DNA of 64,000 nt from Eledone cirrhosa (GCA_964016885.1 OZ024743.1:279992001-280056000); one strand, 5' to 3'; positions 13,531 through 27,077 are shown, counted from the stretch's first letter. Made by a program: numbers and translations. Notes: generated by a model from the letters alone, not told the origin.

Positions 13531-14395
13531 TTACTTCTGTTGATAATTCTCACTCACAAGCTACAATGACTACAACCACTACTACGTGAACCACTATAAC
13601 AACCATTACAATTAGCACTACCATCAGCGCTCTGTCAATGACTATTTAAGAGAAGCACTATCAGGAGCAGTCATAATGTTTTAATGCACATGATCAAATC
13701 AAGGTAATAACGTTCAGTTTTATCCATTCAACGGTTACTGGGAACTATGACTAATATATAGACAAGTCAATTGGTCTTCTCGTTTAAACAGAGGATTTTA
13801 TTTTTGCTATGAACGTAAAAACTAGTGAGAACATTCATATTGGATTTCATTCAACTTTTATATTGCATTCCCTACAAACACAACCTGAAGAGTTGGGTTA
13901 AATAGATTATTCTATCATGCACACATACATACATAAAAACAAGCATACACACCACACATAACTACATTTATATATGCATACATATACATAATTATAAACA
14001 TATGCATACATACATAGTTATATACACATATGCATATATATATATATATATATATATATACACGTACATACACGCGCACAACTTTGCATGTATAGATCCA
14101 TATGTCTATGCCTGTATGTTTATTTAACTAAGAATGTATATATGCATACATATGCGTATATACATTCTTAGTTAAATAAACATACAGGCATAGACATATA
14201 TATGTATAGATGCATATATACAGACAAACATAAATAATACATACATACATACATACATACATACATACATACATACATACATACATGATTGCTTATATAC
14301 ATACGTACATACATACATATATACATACATACATAGGTACGTACATACATACATATGCGTGTGTATGTGTCCTATAGACATCCAAAATTGATTGG

Positions 14396-14448
14396 AACCG
14401 ATATCTCCTGCTGATTGTTAACCGATATCTCCTGCTGATTGTCAACCG
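14396..14448. repeat. 24-bp tandem duplication
   Basis: AACCGATATCTCCTGCTGATTGT(T/C) twice, then AACCG. Confidence 0.9.
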
Positions 14449-16348
14449 TGATCATACAGATATCTCAATTAAATAAATATACGAATGTTTATCTGCATCT
14501 AAATAATTTCTTCCACCACCTCTTTTTCTTCTTCCTCCTTCCTCGGGGCTATGTTATGTAATTCTTGTAGAATTTGCTTAGTATCTTCACACACGCAATG
14601 TTCACTAAATTATTCTATTATCCTTCACAATATATCCTGACAGGATTGGCTAAATAACGGAGAACTTATCCTATAGAATATTATGAATACTAGGTTAGAC
14701 ACATGGCTTCATATTTGATGATAGAGAACGATTGCAGATATAAAGCCCCAGTATTTGACTGGTACTTATTTTTTCAACCAAATGAGAATATAATTATAAA
14801 ATGATCATAGTTTGATTGTAATATGAAAATATATTTAATCCTATGGGATATAATAAAGAATACTACAAACACTGGTTTCTCATACTAGCAAAGGTCAGGG
14901 AATATATAGATGGTACAGTTAAAAGTAATGAATACACAAATGTTTACTAATTCACCATATATTTATTAACTAATTAGTTATGTGCGTGCTCTAATTTTTC
15001 CGCTAATGTGGAAAAAACAATAAATACATAGCAGATAATTAATGGTTTCCCCTTGTCCATTTCTCTATAAAGAATAACTAAATCAACCTTATACGCATAT
15101 AAAAGCGTGCGCTAAAGAGACTAAGTTAAGTGTGTGTATGACATGGATATAGATAACTCAGGTAGCTGGCAATGTATTGAATTCAAATTTGTTATTTAGA
15201 GAAAACAATATCGAGGGATAATATATCTATGCGGCAATCCAAGTGATATGAACTCGTGAGTGAATCGTCGCTGCATACGGCGTGCCATTTAAAATCTGGT
15301 GGAGCCCATCCCCCCACCTGCGCTGAACACAGCCGATTTCATTCAGTAATTCAGAGCGAGCGAAATTGCAAGAATCGATCCAAGTACTTGTCTGGTAGAT
15401 TATTTAACCACCACGAAAGGACGAAAAGCAATGTTGACCACGGCAGCATTTAAACTTAGAGCGTAAACAGCAGGAGATAATACAGCAAATCATTCTATAA
15501 GACGTTCTAACAACGTCACCAATCCAATTGCTTAGCGAAAAAGGAAAATGATTTCAGGAAATTTAGAATTAATTTTATGGATAATTACCAATTCACACGC
15601 TAGTAGAGATCAGATTTTACCTGAGCATTAAAGTTAAGGATCTCTATAATTAAGAGGCATGATAATCAGTGGATCACAACCTACTTGGATAGTATGTATG
15701 CTTACAGTTATAGATGCAGATACGCACACTCATAGAAACCCATGAATATACATTTATATACACAAACTCCTAAAAATATATACTTATGTAGCTCAAAATA
15801 CACACGCCTACCACTACCGACACACACATACGCAAACACACGCACTCACACAATACTTACATGCATTCATACATACAAATAAACAATTATATTTAAGCAT
15901 TCATACATCTTCATAAAACTATTTGACTACAATGTTAGGAGAAATGCTCCCCTTATTCCCAATCACTCTAAGCCCTGGATTACCTATCAAGCAGAATAAG
16001 CACTTGCTTAGGGTTTCAATTACATGGGGGTCCCATAAAGTATTTTCCAATAGAGTATACTGGAGTTTGTTCCATATGCATTATCTGAAGTTATAACAAA
16101 TTGTTCTGTACTTAGGGCTTCTAAAGGTCTTTAATCAGGCCCCGATCTGTCTCATACACATATTTACATTGAACAAAGATCTACAGACACATTCAAGAGC
16201 ATGCGCAGTTGAACGCATGTACACATACACATGGACAGCAGTGACTACATATGCCTGTACACAGTTGCATCAACATTCAGAATTAACTAAAAACACTAAC
16301 ACAACTACAACCATAGCATAACGCACACGCACACACGCGCACACACAT

Positions 16349-16435
<87 letters not shown>

Positions 16436-17124
16436 AATATTCACACAGTTTCAGTGAAACACTTGCAAAGCGACTAATCTAATACACCTTACACCTTCAT
16501 GTTCACTAAAACAAAACACACATACACACAAACACATACGAACACACATACATAATCTCACAGTCAAACACACAAAACTAGAGATACACATGCAGAGATT
16601 CACAAACTTATAGTGAAGTGACACCCACAGACGTTTTGTCACAAACAAAAATTTATTCAAAATCAACAAGAATCACACATATATATACATGCACAATAAT
16701 ACATAGCACACACACATATATGTACATTGACAAGAACACATTACCACGCCTTATCTACAAACAACAGTTTAGTGGATTGACAAACTGATTGGAGTGACGG
16801 TTATCTGTCCAATAACTGAACTCTTCACATATAGTATTTCTTATAAGGAAAACTGTTCGATGAACAGAAATATTGATTTAACTTTTAACGTCCTGTACAG
16901 CATGAAACCGCATTAATAAAGACATTCTTGATATTGTATAAAATAGAACTATGACTGCATCTTTGTGAAAATTAAAGGCCTTACTCTAATATGATTGTTT
17001 CTGCGATGTGTACACTAATAATGATATTATAAACATTTGAATTAACAAACTTATTTTTAGATATTTTCTGCCAAATCAATACAAGATGCCCAATTCTTCG
17101 AACAAAGGTGAGAAACTGGAAAAA

Positions 17125-17174
<50 letters not shown>

Positions 17175-17610
17175 TTTAATTCCGTAATAGCACCACCAAC
17201 TACAAAAACAAAGACGGTTGAACTGCTTTACGTTGAGTACTCTCTATATTATTGCATTACGATTGACCATACGGAATAGACCAGCTCTATACAGTGGTGA
17301 ACCTCAAACCTGAATAAATAATGCTCCTGAAATGTTGAGCACTTCAAAATGTAATAATCAACAGCGGCATGGGACTGAATATATCTAACCACAATTCGAA
17401 CTTTGGCTACCCGGTGTTTACGCCTGGCCCTTTGCTACTCCCCTCACAGAATATCCTAACTTCGACGAAACTCCACGGACTAGACCATAACATGTATTGT
17501 ACTGCACTGTATTAACTAAATGGCTACCCTATACTTCTGGGCATGTATAACTCACACTGAACTCCCAGACTCGAACCCACACTATTTCCACATCTATATG
17601 CATTATCTGA

Positions 17611-18330
17611 CTGCAACTTGAACTATATTGTATTTCTCCTGTGTCTTGAACTCTCCATTTAATAGACAACGACTCTTGTTTGTTTATTTATATCTTTACA
17701 TCTTTATTTGCTGTATTAATGCTCCTCCACGTATTCTACCTCTATACATCCATGTACTTTCTACTTCCCTTATTCGGACTTTTACTCGCGTGTACCCTTA
17801 GCACACGTCACTGGAATATCTCCCCCTGGGAACATAAATACCGCAACCTGAACTATAGTGTATTTCTCCTGTGTCTTGAACTCTACATTTACTAGACAAC
17901 GACTTTTGTTTGTTTATCTATATCTTCACATCTTTGTTTGCTGTATTAATGCCTTTCCACGTACTCTACCTCTATACATCCATGTACTTTTTACTCCCCT
18001 TATTCGGACTTTTACTAGCGTGCACCCTTAGCACACGACACAGAATTGCCCCCCCCCCCCCCTCCACACCCGGGAACAAAAATACTGCAACCTGAACTAT
18101 ATTGTAATTCTCTTATGTCTTGATTTCTCCATCTTACTCCAACACCACTCTTGTTGGTTTATTTACATGTTTATACCTATATTGATATGTTTATATATTT
18201 ATACCTCTGCTGTACCAATGTGCTCTTCCACGTATTCCACTTCCATGTATCCATGTATTTCTACTCCTCACATTGGGACCTGTACCCATTAGCACACGAC
18301 ACTAGAATGTCTCCTCCTGAGAACAAAAAT
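17611..18330. repeat. Three tandem ~230-245-bp units
   Basis: GCAAC(T/C)TGAACTATA(T/G)TGTA...TTAGCACACG restarts at ~17611, ~17841 and ~18085. Confidence 0.9.
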
Positions 18331-18567
18331 TAAACATTACACGACTATATCCCGTACTCTACATCCCACTAGGATAAATTACAGATCTACATAATACAAT
18401 TAACGTTTCTTCATAAAATACTCTATTTAATTAAACCCCGCAACCCAAAACCTCATAGAAGTTATTTGAATGTTTAATCTTCAATTTTCTGTTTGTTCAA
18501 TTCTCAATCTTCTTACTCTTTAGTTTTATAATGTTATTCTGAATTCTTTCAACTTCATCCGATAGAG

Positions 18568-19537
18568 TTAAGCAAAATTCTAAAGTTCCAACTTTCGGAC
18601 CGTTGGGTGGGTTTGGGCGGCGGCGCGACCGGCTCCCTGGCGAACGAGCTCACCTGGAGTGCTTGTAAAAATAAATTTCCCCTTCTTTCGGTAAATGAAA
18701 ATACTCGGCGTGACTTAGTTCGCCATGGGGCCCGGGGCGCGGCCGGTGTTTTAACCGCCAAATAGTACCTTTAAATTACAGAACAAATCGGAACTATTAG
18801 ATATATCAACCTGAAACTGTTGAGCTTTGAATTTTCTAACCTCTTTAATATGGAATATTGATTACTAATTTTTTAACTTCATCCTATAAGTCTAAACATT
18901 GTAACACACTGACCCCCAATATATTCACCTCTGCTATGATGCGGGTCCCTGTGAAAATTTTGTCGCGCCACTCCTGGCCCGACTGTGGTGTGACATTAAT
19001 ATCGACCTTCCTTCTTGTAGCTATCAACCATTACTCTTTTACTTCTCTAAGCAAAATTTTAAAGTTCCAACTTTCTGTCGGACTGTTGGGTGGGTTTTAA
19101 TGGCGGCGCGACCAGCTCCCTGGCGAACGAGCCCACCTGGAGTGCTTGGAAAAATAAATTTCCCCTTCTTTCAGTAAATGAAAATACTCGGCGTGGCTTA
19201 ATTCGCCATGGGGCCCGGGGCGCGGCCGGTGTTTTAACCGCCACATAGTACCCTTAAATTACAGAACAAATCGGAACTATTATATAATAAAATGTTAAAC
19301 TGTTGAACTTTAAATTTTCTAACCTCTTTAATATTGAATATTGATTATTGAAATTCTTTTAGCTTCATCCTAGAAGTCTAAACACTGTAACACACTGACT
19401 CCCAATATATTCACCTCTGCTAAGATGCGGGTCCCTGTGAACATTTTCTCGCGCCACTCCTGGCTTGACTGTGGTCTGACATTAATATCGACCTTTCTTC
19501 CTTCTTGTAGCCATCAACCCTTACTTTTCTACTTCTC
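18568..19537. repeat. Two tandem ~480-bp units with a GC-rich core
   Basis: AGCAAAATT.TAAAGTTCCAACTTTC...GGCGGCGCGACC.GCTCCCTGGCGAACGAGC...CGCCATGGGGCCCGGGGCGCGGCCGG at ~18570 and ~19050. Confidence 0.92.
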
Positions 19538-19927
19538 TCTTCTCTTCCTTCTCTTCTCCCCTCTTCCTGTCTTCCTCCCGCAGACTTATCTTCCTTCCCC
19601 CTCTTGCTTGCCTATATCTGACCGGTAGTAGTTGCCTTTCTTCTTTTAGCTGACATTAACCCTGGCTTCTCTTCTTCTTTCTTCCCCCTTCTTCTCTCTC
19701 CTTCCTTTCTCTCTTTCTTTTACCTTGTGTCATGAGATCGACGTTAACTTATGCTCCCATCCCTTTCTGTTTTCGTTTATCTGACCTGTAGTAGCATACT
19801 ATAAACTTTAGCCACGTCACTCCAGGGCGACCGGCTGAGGTTGAAGGAACAGAATAGCGGTCGCCCTCGGGTCCCCGATTTTCAGCCCCATGGATTTTAT
19901 CTAGTACATTCACGTATTATATTTCGA

Positions 19928-19985
19928 ATACCTGATGATATCACCGGATTCATACGGAACCCGGTCATTGAAATGATCATAGTAT
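19928..19985 (+). ncRNA. Minimal type I hammerhead ribozyme
   Basis: Stem I ATAC/GTAT; CTGATGA; stem II ATCACCGG...CCGGTCAT with one C.C mismatch; GAAA; T-GATC-A palindromic stem III; AUA cleavage triplet (cut after 19981). Confidence 0.8.
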
Positions 19986-20035
19986 AATAAACCTTTCAAG
20001 GATTTACACAAATCCAGCCTCCTGTCATTTCATTA

Positions 20036-20112
<77 letters not shown>

Positions 20113-20130
20113 ATATATACACATATATAT

Positions 20131-20186
<56 letters not shown>

Positions 20187-20751
20187 TCGAAAACCAAACG
20201 TCCTGTCTTCTGTCCATTTGTTGCTGCCCCATCTGAAGCTAGTGGTATTGACTATAAAAACCAAACCAAAATCACGAAGATCTCGAGCGGTCAATTGATG
20301 TACGTCGAAACGAACAACTTTTTTTCTCTACCTTTGTCTTCTGTACATATTTTCTCTTCTTGGATAATATGTTTGGCTTTGTTTCTTTCTCTTCTACTCA
20401 GCTGCAGGACATTGGTTTGTAGCAAATTTTCTTTATTTGTAAATAGTCGAAAAACTAATCAAACTGTCTTATCTCCATTTGTTACTGTGTCATGTACACT
20501 AGAACAAGTAGTATGGAATATGAAGAACCGAAGTCACGAAGACCTCCCTCGGGCGACTCATAAGAATGGACTGTGCTGTGTTTTGTCCATTTCCCGCTAT
20601 CTTCACACACCGTTTTTTTTATTCATCATATATATATATATATATATAACGAAGAAAATGTGGTAAGGAACCAGATGAACCATAACGACTCAAATTACTC
20701 AATACTTGCGGTAGTAGAGTGGGTAATAGCAACAACTATGACCCCGACGGC

Positions 20752-20815
20752 AGAGCTCAAGCCGCTTCGACGGCTAATTCCGTCCAGAATTAGCCGTCGA
20801 AACGGCTTGAGCTCT
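20752..20815. repeat. Short GC-rich foldback in a dispersed repeat
   Basis: AGAGCTCAAGCCGCTTCGACGGCTAATTC / GAATTAGCCGTCGAAACGGCTTGAGCTCT. The upstream 20648-20730 is the reverse complement of 42655-42740 and resembles 47178-47334. Confidence 0.8.
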
Positions 20816-21242
20816 TGTTCCTATATATATATATATACTTGTTCCTATATATATATACAACCCGTCGGGTTTAAATGCCTCGACGACTATATATTCTTCA
20901 ATCCACCGTCTAAGTCTAGAATTTGTACTTTATTTTTCAACACATGAAATAAGGTAAGATAAATTTGACTTCTATGAGATTGAATATTTTGTCCAGAATT
21001 CTAACAATTCCCAAAACCACAGTTGGTACTTTAATTTATCGACTCAGAAATGATGACAACCAAATTCAGCTTTTGTGAGATTTGTACTCGAAACGTAAAC
21101 CATTGAAAAATAAGTTCCACACAACGTTGCCAAAGAATCTAACTATTCTGTTAATCCCCTGCATATTCATAAATGGATGATCTGGTCCATTTCTTTCGGT
21201 GCTAAGGACATTTTCCATACCCTGATAAATAGTCACATAATG

Positions 21243-21458
21243 AGAAAGGAAAGATTTTGCAGTTATGTATTGGCACGGAAGCCTGATTAAAAAATTCTCA
21301 TATTCTTTTTTTTGTTCATCTTTTCCAAACATAATACTGAAAGCATAAATACCACATGAAATTAGTATAGAGGAAAATGTGATGTATTTACTATTTTTCG
21401 CTAGGTGGTGAGTGGTTAATCAAATATTAATAATAACTACTGATACATTATACATGCT

Positions 21459-21499
<41 letters not shown>

Positions 21500-21785
21500 A
21501 TATATTGTGCTCCTGTCCTCTATAAGGGTTTCTCATATATATATATATAGGAAAATTGTCATATTCCTTTTTTTCTGTTAATGTTTTTCAAACATAATAC
21601 TGAAAGCATAAATACCACATGAAATTATTAGTATAGAGGAAAATCTGATTTTCCTCTATACTAATTTCATGTGGTATTTATGCTTTCAGTATTATGTTTG
21701 AAAAACATGAACAGAAAAAAAGGAATATGACAATTTTTTAATCAGGCTTCCGTGCAAGTAAATAACTGCTAATGCTTTCCTTTCT
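21243..21785. repeat. Direct copy plus near-perfect foldback of one ~140-bp sequence
   Basis: CAAACATAATACTGAAAGCATAAATACCACATGAAATT...AGTATAGAGGAAAAT at ~21327 and ~21589. The second copy folds back about centre 21646 (GAGGAAAATC-T-GATTTTCCTC). Confidence 0.9.
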
Positions 21786-22857
21786 ATATATATATGGGAT
21801 ACATTCGCTGTATAATATACGGTAGTCTCTTCATATTATGGTGATAGCCTGGCTTCAATGTATGTACCTTGCCTATGTGGATTACATCCAGTATGATTTT
21901 GAGACTGAGTGGCGCGTGGAACCTAGGGACAGCTGGGGATTGTGTATAGTTTTTCCTATCTCATTGTATCCTACGTAGCTTCAATTTTGATACTAACTTC
22001 ACTAGCATGGATGGCTACGAATACATGACATGTTACGACACCAGCTGGCTAGGGGTACCCTTCTAGCTGCACTCGGGCGACTGGGTCTATCCACCCCCTT
22101 GAGTGCTTGGAAATAAACTAAATTTCACTTTTCTACGGTAAACCATAATTACTCGGAACGGTAGGTGGACCTTGGGGCCATGTGTGTGTTGGGAGTCACC
22201 TATCTCAGCTGTTGTTAACCGCCATACCTTACTACTATCGTAATTTAATATAATTGAACATTGAACTATGGGGGGAATCCGAAGCGGATAGCAACTGAGC
22301 TTAGCTTAACTAACATTGTGTTATTTGTCTTATTAGGTCCCTGATTTACACAACTCTATAATTGATATCATTAACGTCTACTTATTTAAACAGTCAGCTT
22401 TAACTTTCAATTCCTTAAATAACTCCAACTTATATACATTTCTAACCGGAATGTTTCTCTACTTGATATGTTCCTGGGTCACCACCCCACCCCCTCGTAT
22501 GTTCTACGCTTTCCGTGAGTGCATATCTTAGCTTGACCCAGGGCAATTACCATTCTCTGTAAAACGATATTCTCCCCCTCTCTGGCCTGCTGTCCGAAGG
22601 CTGCTGGAGTTGAAGGGTAGTTTTGATTCGCCAAGTAAACTGTACACTCCCCTATCCGCTTAGTAAACTAACAGGAAAGATTTGTTTAAAATAACCTCAC
22701 TTAGAGGCGGGCGAGCAATATGGCAGCATGCTACTACGTCGTCTCTGGGTCAAAAACATAGCACACACTTTTTCCTCTTTGATTTTTTTTCTTTTTTTTT
22801 GGCTTGTTTCCTTAAAGTTTACCATCATTCCGTTGCTATACATCTATTAAGCAATTT

Positions 22858-22915
22858 ACACCTGATGAGGTCACCGGGTTCTTAAACAAAGAGGTCACTG
22901 AAATGTACATTGTGT
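22858..22915 (+). ncRNA. Minimal type I hammerhead ribozyme
   Basis: Stem I ACAC/GTGT; CTGATGA; stem II GGTCACC...GGTCACT with a C.C mismatch; GAAA; T-GTAC-A palindromic stem III; AUU triplet (cut after 22911). Confidence 0.8.
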
Positions 22916-23082
22916 CTGCAGAAATATTCGTAAATATAACCATTATGAAATAGACTCAATATCTGCTGAAGAACTGTTGGGGTCTGTCTGAAGACGAATA
23001 TACGGACTGAGAAACAATTGTGCCTAAATAACACCACACGCCCTAATCCCAGATTGAGTACTCTCCAAAACACCTCTCGCAG

Positions 23083-23174
<92 letters not shown>

Positions 23175-23219
23175 GTGAAGGGGTGTAGTAATAAAAGATC
23201 ATTAATATAACATAATATA

Positions 23220-23352
23220 TATTAACTTTGGCTTTCATCCTTCATCTTTAACGATGTTAACTTTGCCTTTCATCCTTCCGGGGGTCGATAGAATAAAGTA
23301 CCAGTAATGCATTGGGTAATTGCTGGCCTTGTGCCAAAAGTAGAAACAATTA
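23220..23352 (+). mobile_element. SINE 3' part with a partial internal duplication
   Basis: AACTTTGCCTTTCATCCTTCCGGGGGTCGATAGAATAAAGTACCAG...GGCCTTGTGCCAAAAGTAGAAACAATT. Confidence 0.8.
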
Positions 23353-23690
23353 ATATAATATAAATATAATAAGTATATAAGCTTTGAAAAACAAAATCTT
23401 ATAAGGTACAATACGGACTGAATATAATATGGTAAAAAGGAATAAAAGTAAAGAGGGAAATTATTAGAAAAAAATAAGGAAAACATAATAAGAAATGAGA
23501 AAAATTGGGAAAGGCGTCCAGTATAACAAGAAAATACGTTATATATTAGAACATGTAACAAATATACAACTATATATGTGCTTTACGTAACATAAAAAAA
23601 TATAGATAAAACAGATGCATATACCATGAGAAATATATGAAGGATAAAATAAAATAAGTAACGGAAATGCAGGTGAATATTATATATATA

Positions 23691-24102
23691 TGTATACATA
23701 TATGTATGTACGTATACATACATACTTACATTTAAGTAAGTGCCATACTAAGAGTGAGAAATGAAATTTCGTTTTCATTTTTTTTCAACTTATCGTTTTC
23801 GGTATGCCTGACCGATTTAACTCACTCAATATGCAAATTAGGCTGCTCAGCCGTTAATTTTCATAAGAAAAGTATATACTTTCGAACGTTCAACTATCTG
23901 GCAGATGGGTATACGGTACTGATGATAGCTAACAAGCTTGAAACTAGTACATCGTTCCTGTGTCAGTGTTGAACAAAAAGGTGACGTGGTTGCCTGAACA
24001 ATGTACGGCGTAAATTCAGGCTGTTCAGATTGTTTACAAACGAACAAAGCGCCGTTATAATAAGCGTCCGCTAAACTGATGCGTGCATATATGTATGTGT
24101 AC

Positions 24103-24189
<87 letters not shown>

Positions 24190-24302
24190 TACTAATGTAC
24201 GTCTGTATACATATATGGATGTACGTATACATATATACTTACATTTAAGTAAGTGCCATACTAAGAGTGAGAAATGAAATTTCGTTTTCATTTTTTTTTC
24301 AA

Positions 24303-24307
<5 letters not shown>
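23691..24307 (+). mobile_element. Retrozyme-like unit: ~100-bp direct terminal repeats around an HHR
   Basis: TACTTACATTTAAGTAAGTGCCATACTAAGAGTGAGAAATGAAATTTCGTTTTCATTTTTTT..CAACTTAT at 23723-23793 and 24236-24307; HHR at 23913-23955. Confidence 0.7.
23913..23955 (+). ncRNA. Minimal type I hammerhead ribozyme
   Basis: ACGGTA-CTGATGA-T-AGCT(AACA)AGCT-T-GAAAC-TA-GTA-CATCGT. Palindromic ACTAGT stem III, GUA triplet, stem I has one mismatch next to the core. Confidence 0.72.
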
Positions 24308-24398
<91 letters not shown>

Positions 24399-24486
24399 TG
24401 TGTGTGTGCCGATACTTTAATATATACATTTATATTTACATATTATGTGCCTGTGTGTGTATTTGTGTATATAGATATAGTTATAG

Positions 24487-24547
<61 letters not shown>

Positions 24548-24576
24548 TATATATATATACATACATATATTTAATA

Positions 24577-24626
<50 letters not shown>

Positions 24627-24820
24627 TATACACATATATGTATATATATATACATATATATATATACATATGTATATATGTACATATATATATACACATA
24701 TGTATATATATATATATATACATACATAAATACACACACACACGTACACACACACACACACACACTTATATATTATATATATATACATATGTGTATATAT
24801 ATATGTATATATATATGTAC

Positions 24821-24852
<32 letters not shown>

Positions 24853-24929
24853 GTATATATATGTATATATATATATATATATGCATATATATATATGTAT
24901 AAATATATATATATATATGTATAAATATA

Positions 24930-24970
<41 letters not shown>

Positions 24971-25078
24971 GTGTATAAATATATATATATATATATACAC
25001 ATATATATATACATATATATACACATATATATATACATATATATATATATACACACATATATATATACATATATATAT

Positions 25079-25124
<46 letters not shown>

Positions 25125-25134
25125 GTATATATAG

Positions 25135-25332
25135 AGAGAGCAAACAGCACGGACACTCTATCTCAAAATTATTTTTGAAAAGCATTTAGAAATGCGCAAC
25201 CGGTAAAAACTTAAAAACTTAAAACCACAACTGAATACTAACCCATACAATCACTAATACTCTTTTATTCCTAATTAAACCATTTTTCAACTGTGAACAA
25301 TTTGTCAGCATTTTCTATTCCGTTTACCAATA
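25135..25332 (+). mobile_element. Short dispersed element carrying a variant hammerhead (UUGAAAA...GCAA core) at 25172-25208
   Basis: TTT-TTGAAAA-GCATT(TAGA)AATGC-GCAAC-CG-GTA-AAA. Copies at 31417-31453(-), 31759-31795(+), 46020-46055(-) and 46879-46914(+). Confidence 0.7.
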
Positions 25333-25362
25333 TATATATATGTATATATATATATATGTATG

Positions 25363-25421
<59 letters not shown>

Positions 25422-25426
25422 GTATG

Positions 25427-25529
<103 letters not shown>

Positions 25530-25554
25530 GTATGTATATATATATATGTATAGG

Positions 25555-25633
<79 letters not shown>

Positions 25634-25778
25634 GTATATATATATATGTATATATATGTATATATATATATGTATATATATATATATGTATGTATATATA
25701 TATATATATATGTATGTATATATATATGTATATATATATATGTATATATGTATGTATATATATATATATATGTGTATG

Positions 25779-25853
<75 letters not shown>

Positions 25854-25988
25854 GTATATATATATATATGTATGTATATATATATATATGTATGTATGTA
25901 TGTATATATATTTATATGTATATATATATATATGTATATATATATATGTATGTATATATATATGTATGTATATATATATATATGTATG

Positions 25989-26038
<50 letters not shown>

Positions 26039-26054
26039 TATAAATATATATATG

Positions 26055-26101
<47 letters not shown>

Positions 26102-26169
26102 ATATATATATATATAAATATATATATATACATATGTATGTATATATATATATATATATATGTATGTAT

Positions 26170-26215
<46 letters not shown>

Positions 26216-26383
26216 ATATATATAAATATATATATATAAATATATGTAGATAAATCTACCAAGAGTTTACGGTAGTGTCCAATCCGTATGAAGAACTCAA
26301 TGTAATCCGGATATCATGGAAAGAAGAGATGAATTCTAAAATCACTTTCGGTGAAAGATAAACGGAATACAGAGTCAAGATAA

Positions 26384-26530
26384 ATTATTTCTGAAGACGG
26401 CATATGTATGTGTTGGTATGTATATTAGATTTGATAGTTTGTATAATTTTGTATAATTTTGTACATAGATCTGTTGAATATGCATGCCAATTCTAACACA
26501 TATATATCCTAGAAACGATCGTTAAATAAT
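26384..26530 (+). ncRNA. Type I hammerhead ribozyme with ~115-nt stem II
   Basis: 7-bp stem I ATTATTT/AAATAAT; CTGAAGA (26391-97); long imperfect hairpin ATATGTATGTGTT...AACACATATATAT; GAAAC-GATC-GTT (26512-23). Confidence 0.78.
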
Positions 26531-26606
26531 GAACTTTTTTTGTTTAATATAAGGAACTGTTTCATTGTTTTATTCATTATTTTTTTAATACTTTATATAA
26601 ATATAA

Positions 26607-26668
<62 letters not shown>

Positions 26669-26691
26669 ATATATGTATATATATATGTATG

Positions 26692-26806
<115 letters not shown>

Positions 26807-26815
26807 ATATATATA

Positions 26816-26905
<90 letters not shown>

Positions 26906-26929
26906 AATATATATGTATGTATATGTATG

Positions 26930-26967
<38 letters not shown>

Positions 26968-26991
26968 AATATATATGTATGTATATGTATG

Positions 26992-27029
<38 letters not shown>

Positions 27030-27041
27030 TAAATATGTATG

Positions 27042-27077
<36 letters not shown>

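Larger units (their letters stand above)
17173..20040 (+). mobile_element. ~2.9-kb non-coding HHR-terminated element between (TA)n tracts (putative non-autonomous PLE or large retrozyme)
   Basis: (TA)n on both sides and an HHR near the 3' end (19928-19985). Both its first ~130 bp and its 3' tail occur joined tail-to-head on the minus strand at 59460-59720. Confidence 0.6.

Noticed and set aside
17611-18330. CRISPR-like or satellite array
   Set aside because: Whole units are homologous with no unique spacers, in a eukaryotic context.
18555-19244. Duplicated ORF MAVKTPAAPRAPW...
   Set aside because: Non-ATG starts, no recognisable domain, and the frame is not preserved in the related 22.1k segment.
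22966-23030. Second hammerhead (CTGAAGA...GAAAC-AATT-GTG)
   Set aside because: GUG triplet and no stem I; at most a decayed relic.
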